DNA of 48,326 bases from an uncultured archaeon (lineage in GTDB: Archaea; Asgardarchaeota; Lokiarchaeia; Sigyniarchaeales; SOKP01), in contig CAZOYD010000023.1 of the NCBI GenBank assembly GCA_964583985.1, positions 1-48,326 of the forward strand, written 5' to 3'. The position numbers were made by a program, and so were the translations under genes. Shown piece after piece: positions 37,802-47,116 of the stretch. Within the stretch, counting starts at the first letter, position 1. Every line of letters begins with the position of its first letter. The notes under the pieces are model-generated. The model searched no databases, was not told the origin of the DNA, and saw only the letters and a list, made by a program, of their open reading frames with translations.

Positions 37802-38584
37802 TTAAAGTTTCATTTGTAATAGGTTCTGTAACCTTCTCTCTAAAGAAGGATGACGAGAGAAAAACGTATATCTAAATTTATTTTGCCTTTTTGTCGAATT
37901 ATTTAAAATCCAGAAACTTTTCGAAACATCAATTACTTTAAACTTCGATTCAGAATGCTCCATAAAACATTTAACCATCTTTACTAAAGCTGATGCTAAA
38001 GAGAGAGGATCTTTCGTATACTGAACACTTTTAAGATCGGCTTGAATTTCTCTCGTACGAGAAAAATAGGAATCTAACAATACACCAAAAGGAATCCATA
38101 GGTATCGGCTTATTATACATGAAGCTTTAATCCAAATATCTTTATTATAAATATGAAAAAGTTCATGAAAAAGAACAGCAATAACTTCTTTCTTTTCTAA
38201 ATTCTCAAATAAGCCAACTGATAAAACGATAGTATATTTCTTTGGATGATTGAATAAAGTAAACGCATTAGGCAACCCATCATCAAGCACTCCAATTTCT
38301 ACTCTTTTTTTTATCTTTAAAGCTTTATTCCATTCTAAAATATAATCATAAAGTTCGGGACATAAATCATAAGTAAGAATGGTAATTCCATTTCTTCTAA
38401 TTATTGATTTGCCACCAATTATATACCAGAGAATACCAAGAAGGAAGAGAGTTATATAAAAGACAATCATAAAAAAAGCAACTTCAATTTCAGAAAAAAT
38501 AATTGGAAATATAATTGTAATTAGAACATATGTAATAGTAATTAAGTATAATAATAAATGTCTACTCTTCATCAGTTTTACCAT
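37802..38584 (-). CDS. Membrane Zn-metalloprotease of the M56/M48 (BlaR1/HtpX-like) type
   Basis: Two N-terminal TM segments, PNAFT, HELFH (HExxH), REIQAD and HPSLERRL. Confidence 0.85.
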   Translation of the reverse strand: MVKLMKSRHLLLYLITITYVLITIIFPIIFSEIEVAFFMIVFYITLFLLGILWYIIGGKSIIRRNGITILTYDLCPELYDYILEWNKALKIKKRVEIGVLDDGLPNAFTLFNHPKKYTIVLSVGLFENLEKKEVIAVLFHELFHIYNKDIWIKASCIISRYLWIPFGVLLDSYFSRTREIQADLKSVQYTKDPLSLASALVKMVKCFMEHSESKFKVIDVSKSFWILNNSTKRQNKFRYTFFSRHPSLERRLQNLLQMKL

Positions 38585-38981
38585 TCTTAGATTGCTTTAT
38601 TTGTTTCAATTCTTCTAACAAATTATTTAATTCTTCCTTATTATAGTTTTTAGAGATTTCTTGAATTATTTTCATTGAAGCTTTATTCCCATAAGATTTT
38701 ACAATTTGACTCGCTAAGTTTTCTGAAACTTTCTTTTCAAAACGACTTTTTATCTCTTTTACCTTATAAATATAAAATAAACCACCCTTACCCTTATTAA
38801 CTTCCCGAGATAAAAAACCCTTATTGAATAATCGATTCAATGTCGTGCTAATAGTAGTTAGAGCAATTTCTCTCTCTTTATTAAGAGTTTCATATATTTT
38901 TCTTACTGTTGATGACTTATTTGACCACATAATTTGCATAATTGCAAGTTCTAATGGTCCTAGTTCAGATTTTACTGCCAT
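38562..38981 (-). CDS. BlaI/MecI/CopY-family repressor
   Basis: LGPLELAIMQIMW...TVRKI...IALTTISTTLNRLFNKGFLSR. Confidence 0.9.
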   Translation of the reverse strand: MAVKSELGPLELAIMQIMWSNKSSTVRKIYETLNKEREIALTTISTTLNRLFNKGFLSREVNKGKGGLFYIYKVKEIKSRFEKKVSENLASQIVKSYGNKASMKIIQEISKNYNKEELNNLLEELKQIKQSKNGKTDEE

Positions 38982-39033
38982 ATATTAATCCTCATTTGAT
39001 CAAAAAATGTGTCTTTTCTATTTCTTTTTGTTG

Positions 39034-39109
39034 TTCTATTGTAATAAATGTTTCTATTGCAGTAGTAACTTTTATAAAGAGATAAAGATATTACACTATT
39101 ACAGTCGAA
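39034..39109. promoter_or_regulatory. Three imperfect 16-bp palindromes flanking a TATA box; candidate BlaI-family operators
   Basis: TTCTATTGTAATAAAT (39034), TTCTATTGCAGTAGTA (39052) and CACTATTACAGTCGAA (39094); TTTATAAA at 39071-39078. Confidence 0.55.
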
Positions 39110-39148
39110 GTATCGATTTAATAAATAGTTAAATTAAAAGGTGAAAAA

Positions 39149-39382
39149 ATTATTTCTTTACCAATTGAAATAATAATACCTTTACTTCCATTATTAATTG
39201 CACAAATATTTTTTGTTATATTATGTATTATAAGTGTAGTAAATAATAAAGAAAAATCCAGGAATTATAAAATCGTTTGGCCCGAAATTATTGCCTATAT
39301 TTCATTTATTAACCCAATGCTTTACTACTTCTTAGGATGGGAAAAAATAGAGTTAAATAATATATTTATAAAAAGTGATTGA
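39149..39382 (+). CDS. Small PLDc_N/YxlE-like two-helix membrane protein with a putative ATT start (absent from the ORF track)
   Basis: IISLPIEIIIPLLPLLIAQIFFVILCIISVV...KIVWPEIIAYISFINPMLYYFLGW; AGGTGA SD at 39139-39144; in-frame TAA at 39122. Confidence 0.6.
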   Translation: MISLPIEIIIPLLPLLIAQIFFVILCIISVVNNKEKSRNYKIVWPEIIAYISFINPMLYYFLGWEKIELNNIFIKSD

Positions 39383-40343
39383 AATGAATTCAAACAAGAC
39401 AAATGAATTAATCGAGTTTCAAAATGTATCTAAGAACTATAAGAATCTATTAGCACTTGATAAAATTTCATTCATAATAAACAAGGGAGATGTTTTTGGA
39501 TATATAGGACCAAATGGAGCTGGTAAAACTACTACAATAAAGATTATTGTAGGATTAATTAGAGATTATAGTGGTATAGTTTACTTTAATGGGAAGGATA
39601 TATCCAAAAATCATTATCTAATCCATAAATTTATAGGTTATCATCCGCAAGATGCGGGATTTCAAGATTGGAGGACTGTAAACCATGTTATGTATACATT
39701 CGGGTTATTATCTGGTCTAAAGGGTAATGTTTTGGAGGATAAAATCCAAAAGACTTTAGATTTTGTTAATCTATTAGATGAGAGGAACAAAAAAGTAAAA
39801 TATTTGTCAGGAGGAACGCTTCAAAAATTAAGGTTAGCCCAAGCTCTTATCAATGAACCTGAGATTTTAATACTTGATGAGCCATTATCCGGTTTAGATC
39901 CGTCTAGCAGGTATCAGATTAAGAATCTAATAAAATTATTAAGCAAGCAGGGAAAAACTATCTTATTTTCTTCTCATATCCTCTCAGATGTTCAAGATGT
40001 AGCCAATAAAGTTGGAATATTGAATCGAGGAAAAATATTACGTATAGGAACACCTGAAGAACTGCAAAATGAATTCAATATTGGAAATGAAATTGAAATT
40101 GAATATGCTAATGATAATGAAATATTTCTGAACATAGATTCACTCGCATGCATTCAAACTATTGATAAATTAGCATCTTATAAACAAGTTTTACATTTAA
40201 AACCAGAGTTCAATTTAGATAGTGCAATTAATCAAATTTTAAGTTTTTTAATCCATAATAAATCCAAAATTCGAAATTTCAGGACTATTAAACCAAGCTT
40301 AGAAGATGTATATTTAAAATATGTAAAAGGTGATAATCAATGA
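39375..40343 (+). CDS. ABC-2 exporter ATP-binding protein
   Basis: GPNGAGKTT, LSGG, LILDEP and SSHIL. Confidence 0.95.
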   Translation: MIEMNSNKTNELIEFQNVSKNYKNLLALDKISFIINKGDVFGYIGPNGAGKTTTIKIIVGLIRDYSGIVYFNGKDISKNHYLIHKFIGYHPQDAGFQDWRTVNHVMYTFGLLSGLKGNVLEDKIQKTLDFVNLLDERNKKVKYLSGGTLQKLRLAQALINEPEILILDEPLSGLDPSSRYQIKNLIKLLSKQGKTILFSSHILSDVQDVANKVGILNRGKILRIGTPEELQNEFNIGNEIEIEYANDNEIFLNIDSLACIQTIDKLASYKQVLHLKPEFNLDSAINQILSFLIHNKSKIRNFRTIKPSLEDVYLKYVKGDNQ

Positions 40344-41002
40344 ATTTAAGAATCTTATTTGTTGATGAGTTAAAGGGTTTTTATAAGTCAAAAGTAATGT
40401 TGATATTATGGTTTGGAATGCCTTTCTTAACATTATTAATGCATTTCTTAAATCCAGATTTAGGAGAACTGCCTGTCTCAATTTTAGTAGCACTCCTAAT
40501 TTCTAGTATAGGTGGAACCCTTTCAGCCGCCCTTCTTAGCACTTCAATAGCAAATGAAAAATCGCATCATGTTTATGATTTATTCTTAGTAAAACCAGTT
40601 TCAAGATATTCGATTCTGCTCGCAAAATATTTTGCAGTATACTTATGTTTGATTATTGCTACAGGAATATCACTTATAACAGGATTAATCATTGATACAT
40701 GTACCTCTGGCAGTTTACCCGAGTATATAATACAAAATACTTTAGATTCTCTTTCCGTTAGTTTAGCGGCTATGTCAATTTCTTGTTCTATAGGAATATT
40801 TTTTGGAATCTTAGTATCGTCTGTTCCAGTAGCAGTTATTTTATCAGTATATATTGGCAATCAGGTATCTGCAGTTTCAATATTAACAACTACTTTCATC
40901 GACTTTATTAATCCTTCTATGTTTTCAATAATTATAGGGGTCATTACTACAGTGCTATTTATTGGAATATCAATAATCGTTTTCAATCGAAAACAATTTT
41001 AA
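40340..41002 (+). CDS. ABC-2 exporter permease
   Basis: Six TM segments, SIANEK...LFLVKPVSRYSILLAKY; ATGA overlap with the ATPase gene. Confidence 0.9.
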   Translation: MNLRILFVDELKGFYKSKVMLILWFGMPFLTLLMHFLNPDLGELPVSILVALLISSIGGTLSAALLSTSIANEKSHHVYDLFLVKPVSRYSILLAKYFAVYLCLIIATGISLITGLIIDTCTSGSLPEYIIQNTLDSLSVSLAAMSISCSIGIFFGILVSSVPVAVILSVYIGNQVSAVSILTTTFIDFINPSMFSIIIGVITTVLFIGISIIVFNRKQF

Positions 41003-41205
41003 CTTTTGAAAAAATTAGTTTTTTTTATCAAAATAAAATTGATATAAATCCTCTTTATTTTAGGATAAACAAACACAAGATTTACTTTAGAATATCTATT
41101 TACAGAAAGCTTTAAACTATTTTAAAGTATATGAAGAAGTACTTAAATCAGTACCTAAATATTTATTTAATAATAAAAAAAATTTAAAAAAAGGGATTAA
41201 AAATC

Positions 41206-43041
41206 ATGTCAAATGGATATATGGGAAAAATTTTATGGATAGATCTTTCGACTGAGAAACTTGAGGAAGAAGAGTTATCTGAAGAAATTTACCGTGATTA
41301 TTTAGGGGGATATGGTCTAGCTGCTAAGTTAATTTATGAAAATATGCTCGCTAAAACAGAACCAATGAGTCCAGATGCCATATTTGGTTTTTTTCCAGGA
41401 TTATTAACTGGTACAGTAGCACCTTTATCAGGTCGTTTTATGGTAGCGGGCAAATCTCCACTTACTAAAACATGGGGCGACTCAAACTGCGGAGGATATT
41501 TTGGTCCAGAGATTAAGAAGTGTGGATTTGATGCAATACTAATTAAGGGAATGGCAAATAACCCAAAATACGTGACAATTATAGGAGAAGAGAAGCAAAT
41601 AATAGATGCTTCAGATTTATGGGGTTTGGATGTTGTTCAAACAGAAAATTTGCTGAAAGATAAGTATGGAAACGTTCAAATTGCTAGCATTGGTCAAGCT
41701 GGCGAAAATTTGAGTTTAATTTCCGGAATTGTTAATGATAAAGCAAGAATTGCAGGAAGATCTGGTTTTGGAGCTGTGATGGGGTCCAAAAAGCTCAAAG
41801 CAATTGTTCTCAAAGGAGCAAAAAAGATTGAGGTTGCTAATAAGGATGCTCTCACCCAACATACAAAAGATTATAATGAAGGCATTAACAATGCTACCGC
41901 AGGTGGAATTGAGGGTTATAGAACATTAGGGACTACTATGGGAAATGAAATATTATTTCAAATAGGAGATACTCCCTGCAAGAATTGGGGGGGAACAAAA
42001 GAAGATTTTCCCCCAGAGAGGTTATCAAAAATATCAGGTGTTGAAATAGATAAATATAAACAAAAAGCATATGGATGTTTCGCATGTCCCGTTCGTTGCG
42101 GTGCAATTATGAAAGTCCCGGAAGTGAATTTAGAAGAAACTCATAGACCAGAGTATGAAACTTGTGCTAGTTTTGGACATCTATTACTTAACGACGATCT
42201 TATGTCAATATTTAAAGCGAATGATTTGTGCAATCGCGCTGGAATTGATACAATTTCAGCTGGAGCAACAATTGCGTTTGCAATCGAATGTTACGAAAAT
42301 AATTTAATTTCTAAGGATGATGTTGATGGATTGGAATTAACATGGGGAAATTCAGAGTCTATAATTGAATTATTAAATAAAATGATAAATCGGGAAGGGT
42401 TTGGTGATTTACTAGCAGACGGTTCTAAAATTGCAGCAGAAAAATTAGGGAGAGGATCGGAATATGCCATGCACTCAATGGGTCAAGAATTAGGCATGCA
42501 TTCGCCAAAATATTATAAAAATATGGGTACCACATTTGCATTTGATCCAACACCCGGTAGGCATACTACAGCAAGCTTGGATTTTTTTGTTATGGGCCCG
42601 ATAATTAAACCAAATGGATTGTTTGAAGGAATTATATTACCAAAAAAATTTAAACGCCCAGGGGAGGATAGGAGTGATGCTGAAAAACTATTTACTGAGA
42701 TAATGCAATTTACTAATAGTCTTGGACTATGTGAATTTGCTTATGTTTTTCAGAAATACCCCCTATTAGAATTAGTTAAAGCAGTTGTAGGATGGGACTT
42801 AGATATCGCTGAAGCGATTAAAATTGGTCAAAGAATTCAAACTTTGAGGCAAGCATTCACACTACGAGAAGGTATAGAGATTATTAAAAATAAGTTACCT
42901 GATAGAACAGTATCAGCAGATTATTTAGAAGATTATAGAGGATATTGCGAAAAAATCGGATGGAATCCAGAAACCGGATATCCTCTTGAAGAAACGCTAC
43001 AAAATCTAAACCTTGAGTTTGCGTTAAAAGATCTTTATTAG
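41206..43041 (+). CDS. aor: Aldehyde:ferredoxin oxidoreductase (tungstopterin AOR family)
   Basis: KSPLT, GRSGFGAVMGSKKLKAI, CFACPVRC, RPEYET, CNRAGIDTIS and SLGLCEF. Confidence 0.92.
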   Translation: MSNGYMGKILWIDLSTEKLEEEELSEEIYRDYLGGYGLAAKLIYENMLAKTEPMSPDAIFGFFPGLLTGTVAPLSGRFMVAGKSPLTKTWGDSNCGGYFGPEIKKCGFDAILIKGMANNPKYVTIIGEEKQIIDASDLWGLDVVQTENLLKDKYGNVQIASIGQAGENLSLISGIVNDKARIAGRSGFGAVMGSKKLKAIVLKGAKKIEVANKDALTQHTKDYNEGINNATAGGIEGYRTLGTTMGNEILFQIGDTPCKNWGGTKEDFPPERLSKISGVEIDKYKQKAYGCFACPVRCGAIMKVPEVNLEETHRPEYETCASFGHLLLNDDLMSIFKANDLCNRAGIDTISAGATIAFAIECYENNLISKDDVDGLELTWGNSESIIELLNKMINREGFGDLLADGSKIAAEKLGRGSEYAMHSMGQELGMHSPKYYKNMGTTFAFDPTPGRHTTASLDFFVMGPIIKPNGLFEGIILPKKFKRPGEDRSDAEKLFTEIMQFTNSLGLCEFAYVFQKYPLLELVKAVVGWDLDIAEAIKIGQRIQTLRQAFTLREGIEIIKNKLPDRTVSADYLEDYRGYCEKIGWNPETGYPLEETLQNLNLEFALKDLY

Positions 43042-43099
43042 ATCGTAATTTTCAAATTATCATTTCTTTTTTATTTAATTATAATAACAAGTGATTTTT

Positions 43100-43381
43100 A
43101 TGAATGTAAAATTTATTATAATGAATACTAGAGATAATTGCGCCACTGCTCTAGAGGATATCGATCAAGGAGAAGAAGTCGATTATAATGGAAAAAAATT
43201 CAAAATCAACCAATCAATCCCCCTTGGGCATAAATTCGCTTTAAATGATATTAAACAAGAAAAATATGTCATAAAATATGGTCAAAGGATTGGGATTGCA
43301 ACTGAGGATATAAAATTAGGAGATTGGATTCACACACACAATATTATAAGTTATTATTTGAAGGAGTTGCTGAATCAATGA
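43100..43381 (+). CDS. UxaA-family hydro-lyase small (SAF) subunit, SuyA-like
   Basis: DNCATAL, IPLGHKFAL, VIKYGQRIG.A and WIHTHN. Confidence 0.88.
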   Translation: MNVKFIIMNTRDNCATALEDIDQGEEVDYNGKKFKINQSIPLGHKFALNDIKQEKYVIKYGQRIGIATEDIKLGDWIHTHNIISYYLKELLNQ

Positions 43382-44565
43382 ATGAAGAATTCATGGGATA
43401 TGAAAGATCAAATGGCAAGGTGGGAATAAGAAATAAAATAGCCATCATTCCTTCTGTCGTATGCGTAAATCACATAGCCGAACAAATCGCTAATAAATTG
43501 GATGATGCTATAGCAATTAAACACCCTTTGGGTTGTGGACAATTTGGACCAGATTATAATAATACATTTCGTACATTAGTTGGATTAGGAAGTAATCCAA
43601 ATATATATGGTGTTGTTGTAATAGGTTTAGGATGTGAAAATTTAAAAAGTAGGGTATTAGCAAAAAATTTAAGGCGAACGAAAAAACCTGTTGAATTCTT
43701 TGATGTACAAGATATAAAAGGGGGGTCAACTGCTGCAATTGAACACGGAATAAAAATTGGTAATCAGATGAGACAAGAAGCAAATGAATTAAAAAAAGAA
43801 ACATTTGATTTTTCTAATTTGGTACTAGGTTTGGAATGTGGTGGTTCTGATTCAATTTCGGGAATTTCAGCAAATCCTACTGTTGGGATAGTATCTGATA
43901 GAATTATTGAATTAGGAGGGACTTCAATTTTACCGGAATTCACTGAATGGATAGGAACAGAACACCTACTAATTGAAAGGGCTATAAATGAAAGTGTGGC
44001 ACATAAAATTCATAATACAATCACGGGATTTGTAGAAAATCTAAAAGATCTTGGGATTGATTTCTTAGGAGTACAACCAACTCCAGGAAATATTGAAGGT
44101 GGTCTTTCAACTATTGAGGAAAAGTCATTAGGGAACATTGCGAAATCTGGGAAATCTCCGATCCAAGGAATTCTAGATTATTCTGAACCCCCAAATACTA
44201 AAGGACTTTGGTTAATGTTAGAACCGGGACTCGATGTTGAATCTATGACAGGATTGGCAGCAGCTGGTGCACAAGTGATTCTCATGACTACTGGAAGAGG
44301 GAGCCCTTGTGGAAATCCTGTTGCTCCAGTAATAAAATTATGTGGTAATCCAAAAACTTGTGATTGGATGGCTGAAAACATTGATGTAGATGCAAGCCAG
44401 ATTATAACAGGTGAAAAAACAATAGAAGAACTTTCAGAAATTCTATGGCTAAAAATTAAAAAGACCTTAAATGGTGAGCAAACTCAGGCTGAGAAATTAG
44501 GGTTTGAAGATATAGCAATTTGGAGAAATACAGCATCTCCATTTCAATACATGCATTGTAAATAA
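43378..44565 (+). CDS. UxaA-family hydro-lyase large subunit (altronate dehydratase / SuyB-like)
   Basis: GYERSNGKVGIRN, HPLGCGQ, GLGCE, ECGGSD, GNIEGGLSTIEEKSLG and TTGRG; ATGA overlap with the small subunit. Confidence 0.9.
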   Translation: MNEEFMGYERSNGKVGIRNKIAIIPSVVCVNHIAEQIANKLDDAIAIKHPLGCGQFGPDYNNTFRTLVGLGSNPNIYGVVVIGLGCENLKSRVLAKNLRRTKKPVEFFDVQDIKGGSTAAIEHGIKIGNQMRQEANELKKETFDFSNLVLGLECGGSDSISGISANPTVGIVSDRIIELGGTSILPEFTEWIGTEHLLIERAINESVAHKIHNTITGFVENLKDLGIDFLGVQPTPGNIEGGLSTIEEKSLGNIAKSGKSPIQGILDYSEPPNTKGLWLMLEPGLDVESMTGLAAAGAQVILMTTGRGSPCGNPVAPVIKLCGNPKTCDWMAENIDVDASQIITGEKTIEELSEILWLKIKKTLNGEQTQAEKLGFEDIAIWRNTASPFQYMHCK

Positions 44566-44573
44566 ATTTAAAT

Positions 44574-45875
44574 TTAGATAAATGGATTTTTATCCCTAAA
44601 TATCTTATCTTTATATGCTTCTAATGATGGAGGAGCTAAACCTTTTTCTGTCGCTTCTTTTTTCATTTCTCTTAAAATTTCACCAATATTTATAGAAACA
44701 GGACACCAGTGATAACAATTTTCACATCCAGTGCAGAAAAAAAGCCCATCCTTCATAGTAGCTTCAATTCCATTATGAATATAATCTCTGATTATAGCAA
44801 TCCCACCTAAACCATATTTTGAGGCAAATATGTTCCCAAACGCTCGTGATGCTGTACAAGGGAAAATGCATGACTTACAACCAATGCATTTTAAGAATTC
44901 CTTGTAGAATAGATCATCATTCGCAGCTTTAGTTCTCCAATCATCAACTAAAATTACGACCACCTCTTTTGCTCCATACATTCCTTGAACACTAGTCCCT
45001 TGGATATCTGATGTATTCGAAGGTCCTGATATAAGGCTTATATAATTATAGGACACATTATTGATTCTAGATTGTAATTTTGTAACTAAGACAGCGTCTA
45101 AAATGTTTGGCACAATTTTAGTGATTCCACATACAACGATATGTTTTTCGGTTGCTCGTGTTATAAGACTAATATTTCCTTCATTTTCTCCCAACACTAT
45201 TGTCCCATCCTCAGCAGATATAGCATTCGCGGATGTTAGAGAGACTTTTATATTATTTAATAACTCCTTTCTATAGGTATTTCTGAAATACTCTACTATC
45301 GCATGAGCTTTAGGTTCAAGATCAACGTTGTAAACCGCTTTAATCTTAGCTGCGATTTCTGCTTCAGTGAAATGAGCTCCAGGACCGACTTGAAAACTAG
45401 GTAGTTCATATTCGAATAATTGAACGAGGACATCACCTAAATCTGTTTCCTTGATTGTGATATTATTTTTTTTTAAGATGTCTATAATTCCAATGTCTTT
45501 TGCTTCATTAGATTTTGATTTATATAATATCTTATTATCTCCTAACTCCTCCATGAATATTTTTTGAGCCTCTTCGTTCGTTTTGGCATAAAATACCGTG
45601 AAATTTTTTTTCCGCATTATGTTTATGCATTTTTCAACATATTCATCCATGTGATCTACAAAATCTTCTCTCATTTTAATCAGGGTTTCACGATATCGAT
45701 CAACAAATTCCCTACTTGAATCATCATATAAATATTGTAAATCATGTTGTCTGGTTTTTATAGTACAAGCGAGTTTCCAAAAATCTCCAAATTGTTTTTC
45801 TAATGTCCCTTCTGTTTGAAGAATGTTAATCTTTTCTTTTACTTCCTCAAAGAGCTCTTTACCTTTTTCAGTCAC
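44574..45875 (-). CDS. LutB/LUD-domain Fe-S protein
   Basis: KSKS, ETDLG, ENEGNI, ISGPS.TSDI, CIGCKSCIFPC and CTGCENCYHWCP. Confidence 0.85.
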   Translation of the reverse strand: MTEKGKELFEEVKEKINILQTEGTLEKQFGDFWKLACTIKTRQHDLQYLYDDSSREFVDRYRETLIKMREDFVDHMDEYVEKCINIMRKKNFTVFYAKTNEEAQKIFMEELGDNKILYKSKSNEAKDIGIIDILKKNNITIKETDLGDVLVQLFEYELPSFQVGPGAHFTEAEIAAKIKAVYNVDLEPKAHAIVEYFRNTYRKELLNNIKVSLTSANAISAEDGTIVLGENEGNISLITRATEKHIVVCGITKIVPNILDAVLVTKLQSRINNVSYNYISLISGPSNTSDIQGTSVQGMYGAKEVVVILVDDWRTKAANDDLFYKEFLKCIGCKSCIFPCTASRAFGNIFASKYGLGGIAIIRDYIHNGIEATMKDGLFFCTGCENCYHWCPVSINIGEILREMKKEATEKGLAPPSLEAYKDKIFRDKNPFI

Positions 45876-46608
45876 CTATTGGATCAACTCCTTCCATTAT
45901 CTTTACTATAAAATCTTCAAATTTAATTACTGGTTTCTTGATTTGATTTTCATCTCTTACTCGATTTAATGCTGTATAACAAAATGGACAGGCTGTTAAT
46001 AAAACTTTACCGCGTTTTAATTGATCAAAAATTAAAACAGAGTTATGATCACTATTTTCTTTAAAAATTGAATAAACGCCTCCCCCAGCTCCACAGCAAA
46101 TACTGTTAGTTTTAATATTGTCCAATTCTTTGAGTTCTACATTTTGAATTGAATTAAGAATGGTTCTTGGCTCATCTATAATTGGAACAACGGCATTTCT
46201 CAAATGACACGCATCGTGATAACTGACCTTCAATGCTTTACCCGAGTTTTTAAGATTCAATCTCGAAAGGTTTTCTGGTTCTGCTATAAATTGAAGAAGA
46301 TGCTTTACATCAATATTAAACTCATTTCCTAAATATTGAGGATAATACTTGGTCAAATAATTATAGCATCCCGCACATATGGTAACGATTTCGGAAATAT
46401 CATTTGATTTGAACCAGTTGTTTACATATTCCACGTGAGCTTTTAATTCAGTATCATTACCAATATGATATGCTAAAGCACCACAACAAGGTACATCTTC
46501 AAGAAGTTCATAGTTTGGATCCAAGAATTTGATAATCTTTATAGCATTTTTACATGTTTCTTGATATCTCGTTGTTGATAAACAGCCTAAAAAAATTAAT
46601 TTTGTCAT
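45868..46608 (-). CDS. CCG-domain Fe-S protein (LutA/HdrB/GlpC-like)
   Basis: FLGC, PCCGA, TICAGC, YHDACHL, CCGAGGG and TACPFC. Confidence 0.88.
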   Translation of the reverse strand: MTKLIFLGCLSTTRYQETCKNAIKIIKFLDPNYELLEDVPCCGALAYHIGNDTELKAHVEYVNNWFKSNDISEIVTICAGCYNYLTKYYPQYLGNEFNIDVKHLLQFIAEPENLSRLNLKNSGKALKVSYHDACHLRNAVVPIIDEPRTILNSIQNVELKELDNIKTNSICCGAGGGVYSIFKENSDHNSVLIFDQLKRGKVLLTACPFCYTALNRVRDENQIKKPVIKFEDFIVKIMEGVDPIGD

Positions 46609-46818
46609 TCAAATATACCATCCTAACGATTATTTATAAGAGATTTTTGGAATTAAAATTAATTACGATTATATTATATTTTCGATATGCATTTAATTCA
46701 ATTCAGATTATGATCTTTAAATTTAATTTTATAAATACTTAATAATGAATAGATTGAAATTTATAATTATTAGAATATTTAATTCCTTAATTTGAATCAT
46801 CATTGGAGTGGATAAAAA

Positions 46819-47100
46819 ATTCCAAAATTATTCGACAATAAAGAAAAAAAATTCTCTTTATTTCTTAACAAAAATAGATGTGGTGGAGATCAGTGCTATA
46901 ATTGTATCGCTGTGTGTCCAACTGGAATTTTAGAGCCCGGAGATGAACTTAATATGAGGGTGGCATATCTACCTCGAGTTAAAGCAGGAAAAGAGGTGTA
47001 TTGCACGGGATGTCGTCGTTGTGAATATGCTTGTCCAGAATGGTGCATTTATGTGTTAGATGAAGAGGAAAAACCTTCAAATGAAAAAGCTAAAACGTGA
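46819..47100 (+). CDS. 2x[4Fe-4S] delta subunit of a 2-oxoacid:ferredoxin oxidoreductase, putative ATT start
   Basis: First cluster CGGDQCYNCIAVCP lies mostly upstream of the GTG at 46912; in-frame TAA at 46813; GGAGTGGA SD, then ATT at 46819; second cluster CTGCRRCEYACP. Confidence 0.8.
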   Translation: MPKLFDNKEKKFSLFLNKNRCGGDQCYNCIAVCPTGILEPGDELNMRVAYLPRVKAGKEVYCTGCRRCEYACPEWCIYVLDEEEKPSNEKAKT

Positions 47101-47116
47101 ATTGGTGATATAAACG

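Noticed and set aside
41138-41160. AGTACTTAAAT/AGTACCTAAAT tandem repeat upstream of the AOR gene
   Set aside because: Only two imperfect copies in AT-rich DNA, with no counterpart seen before the other AOR operon
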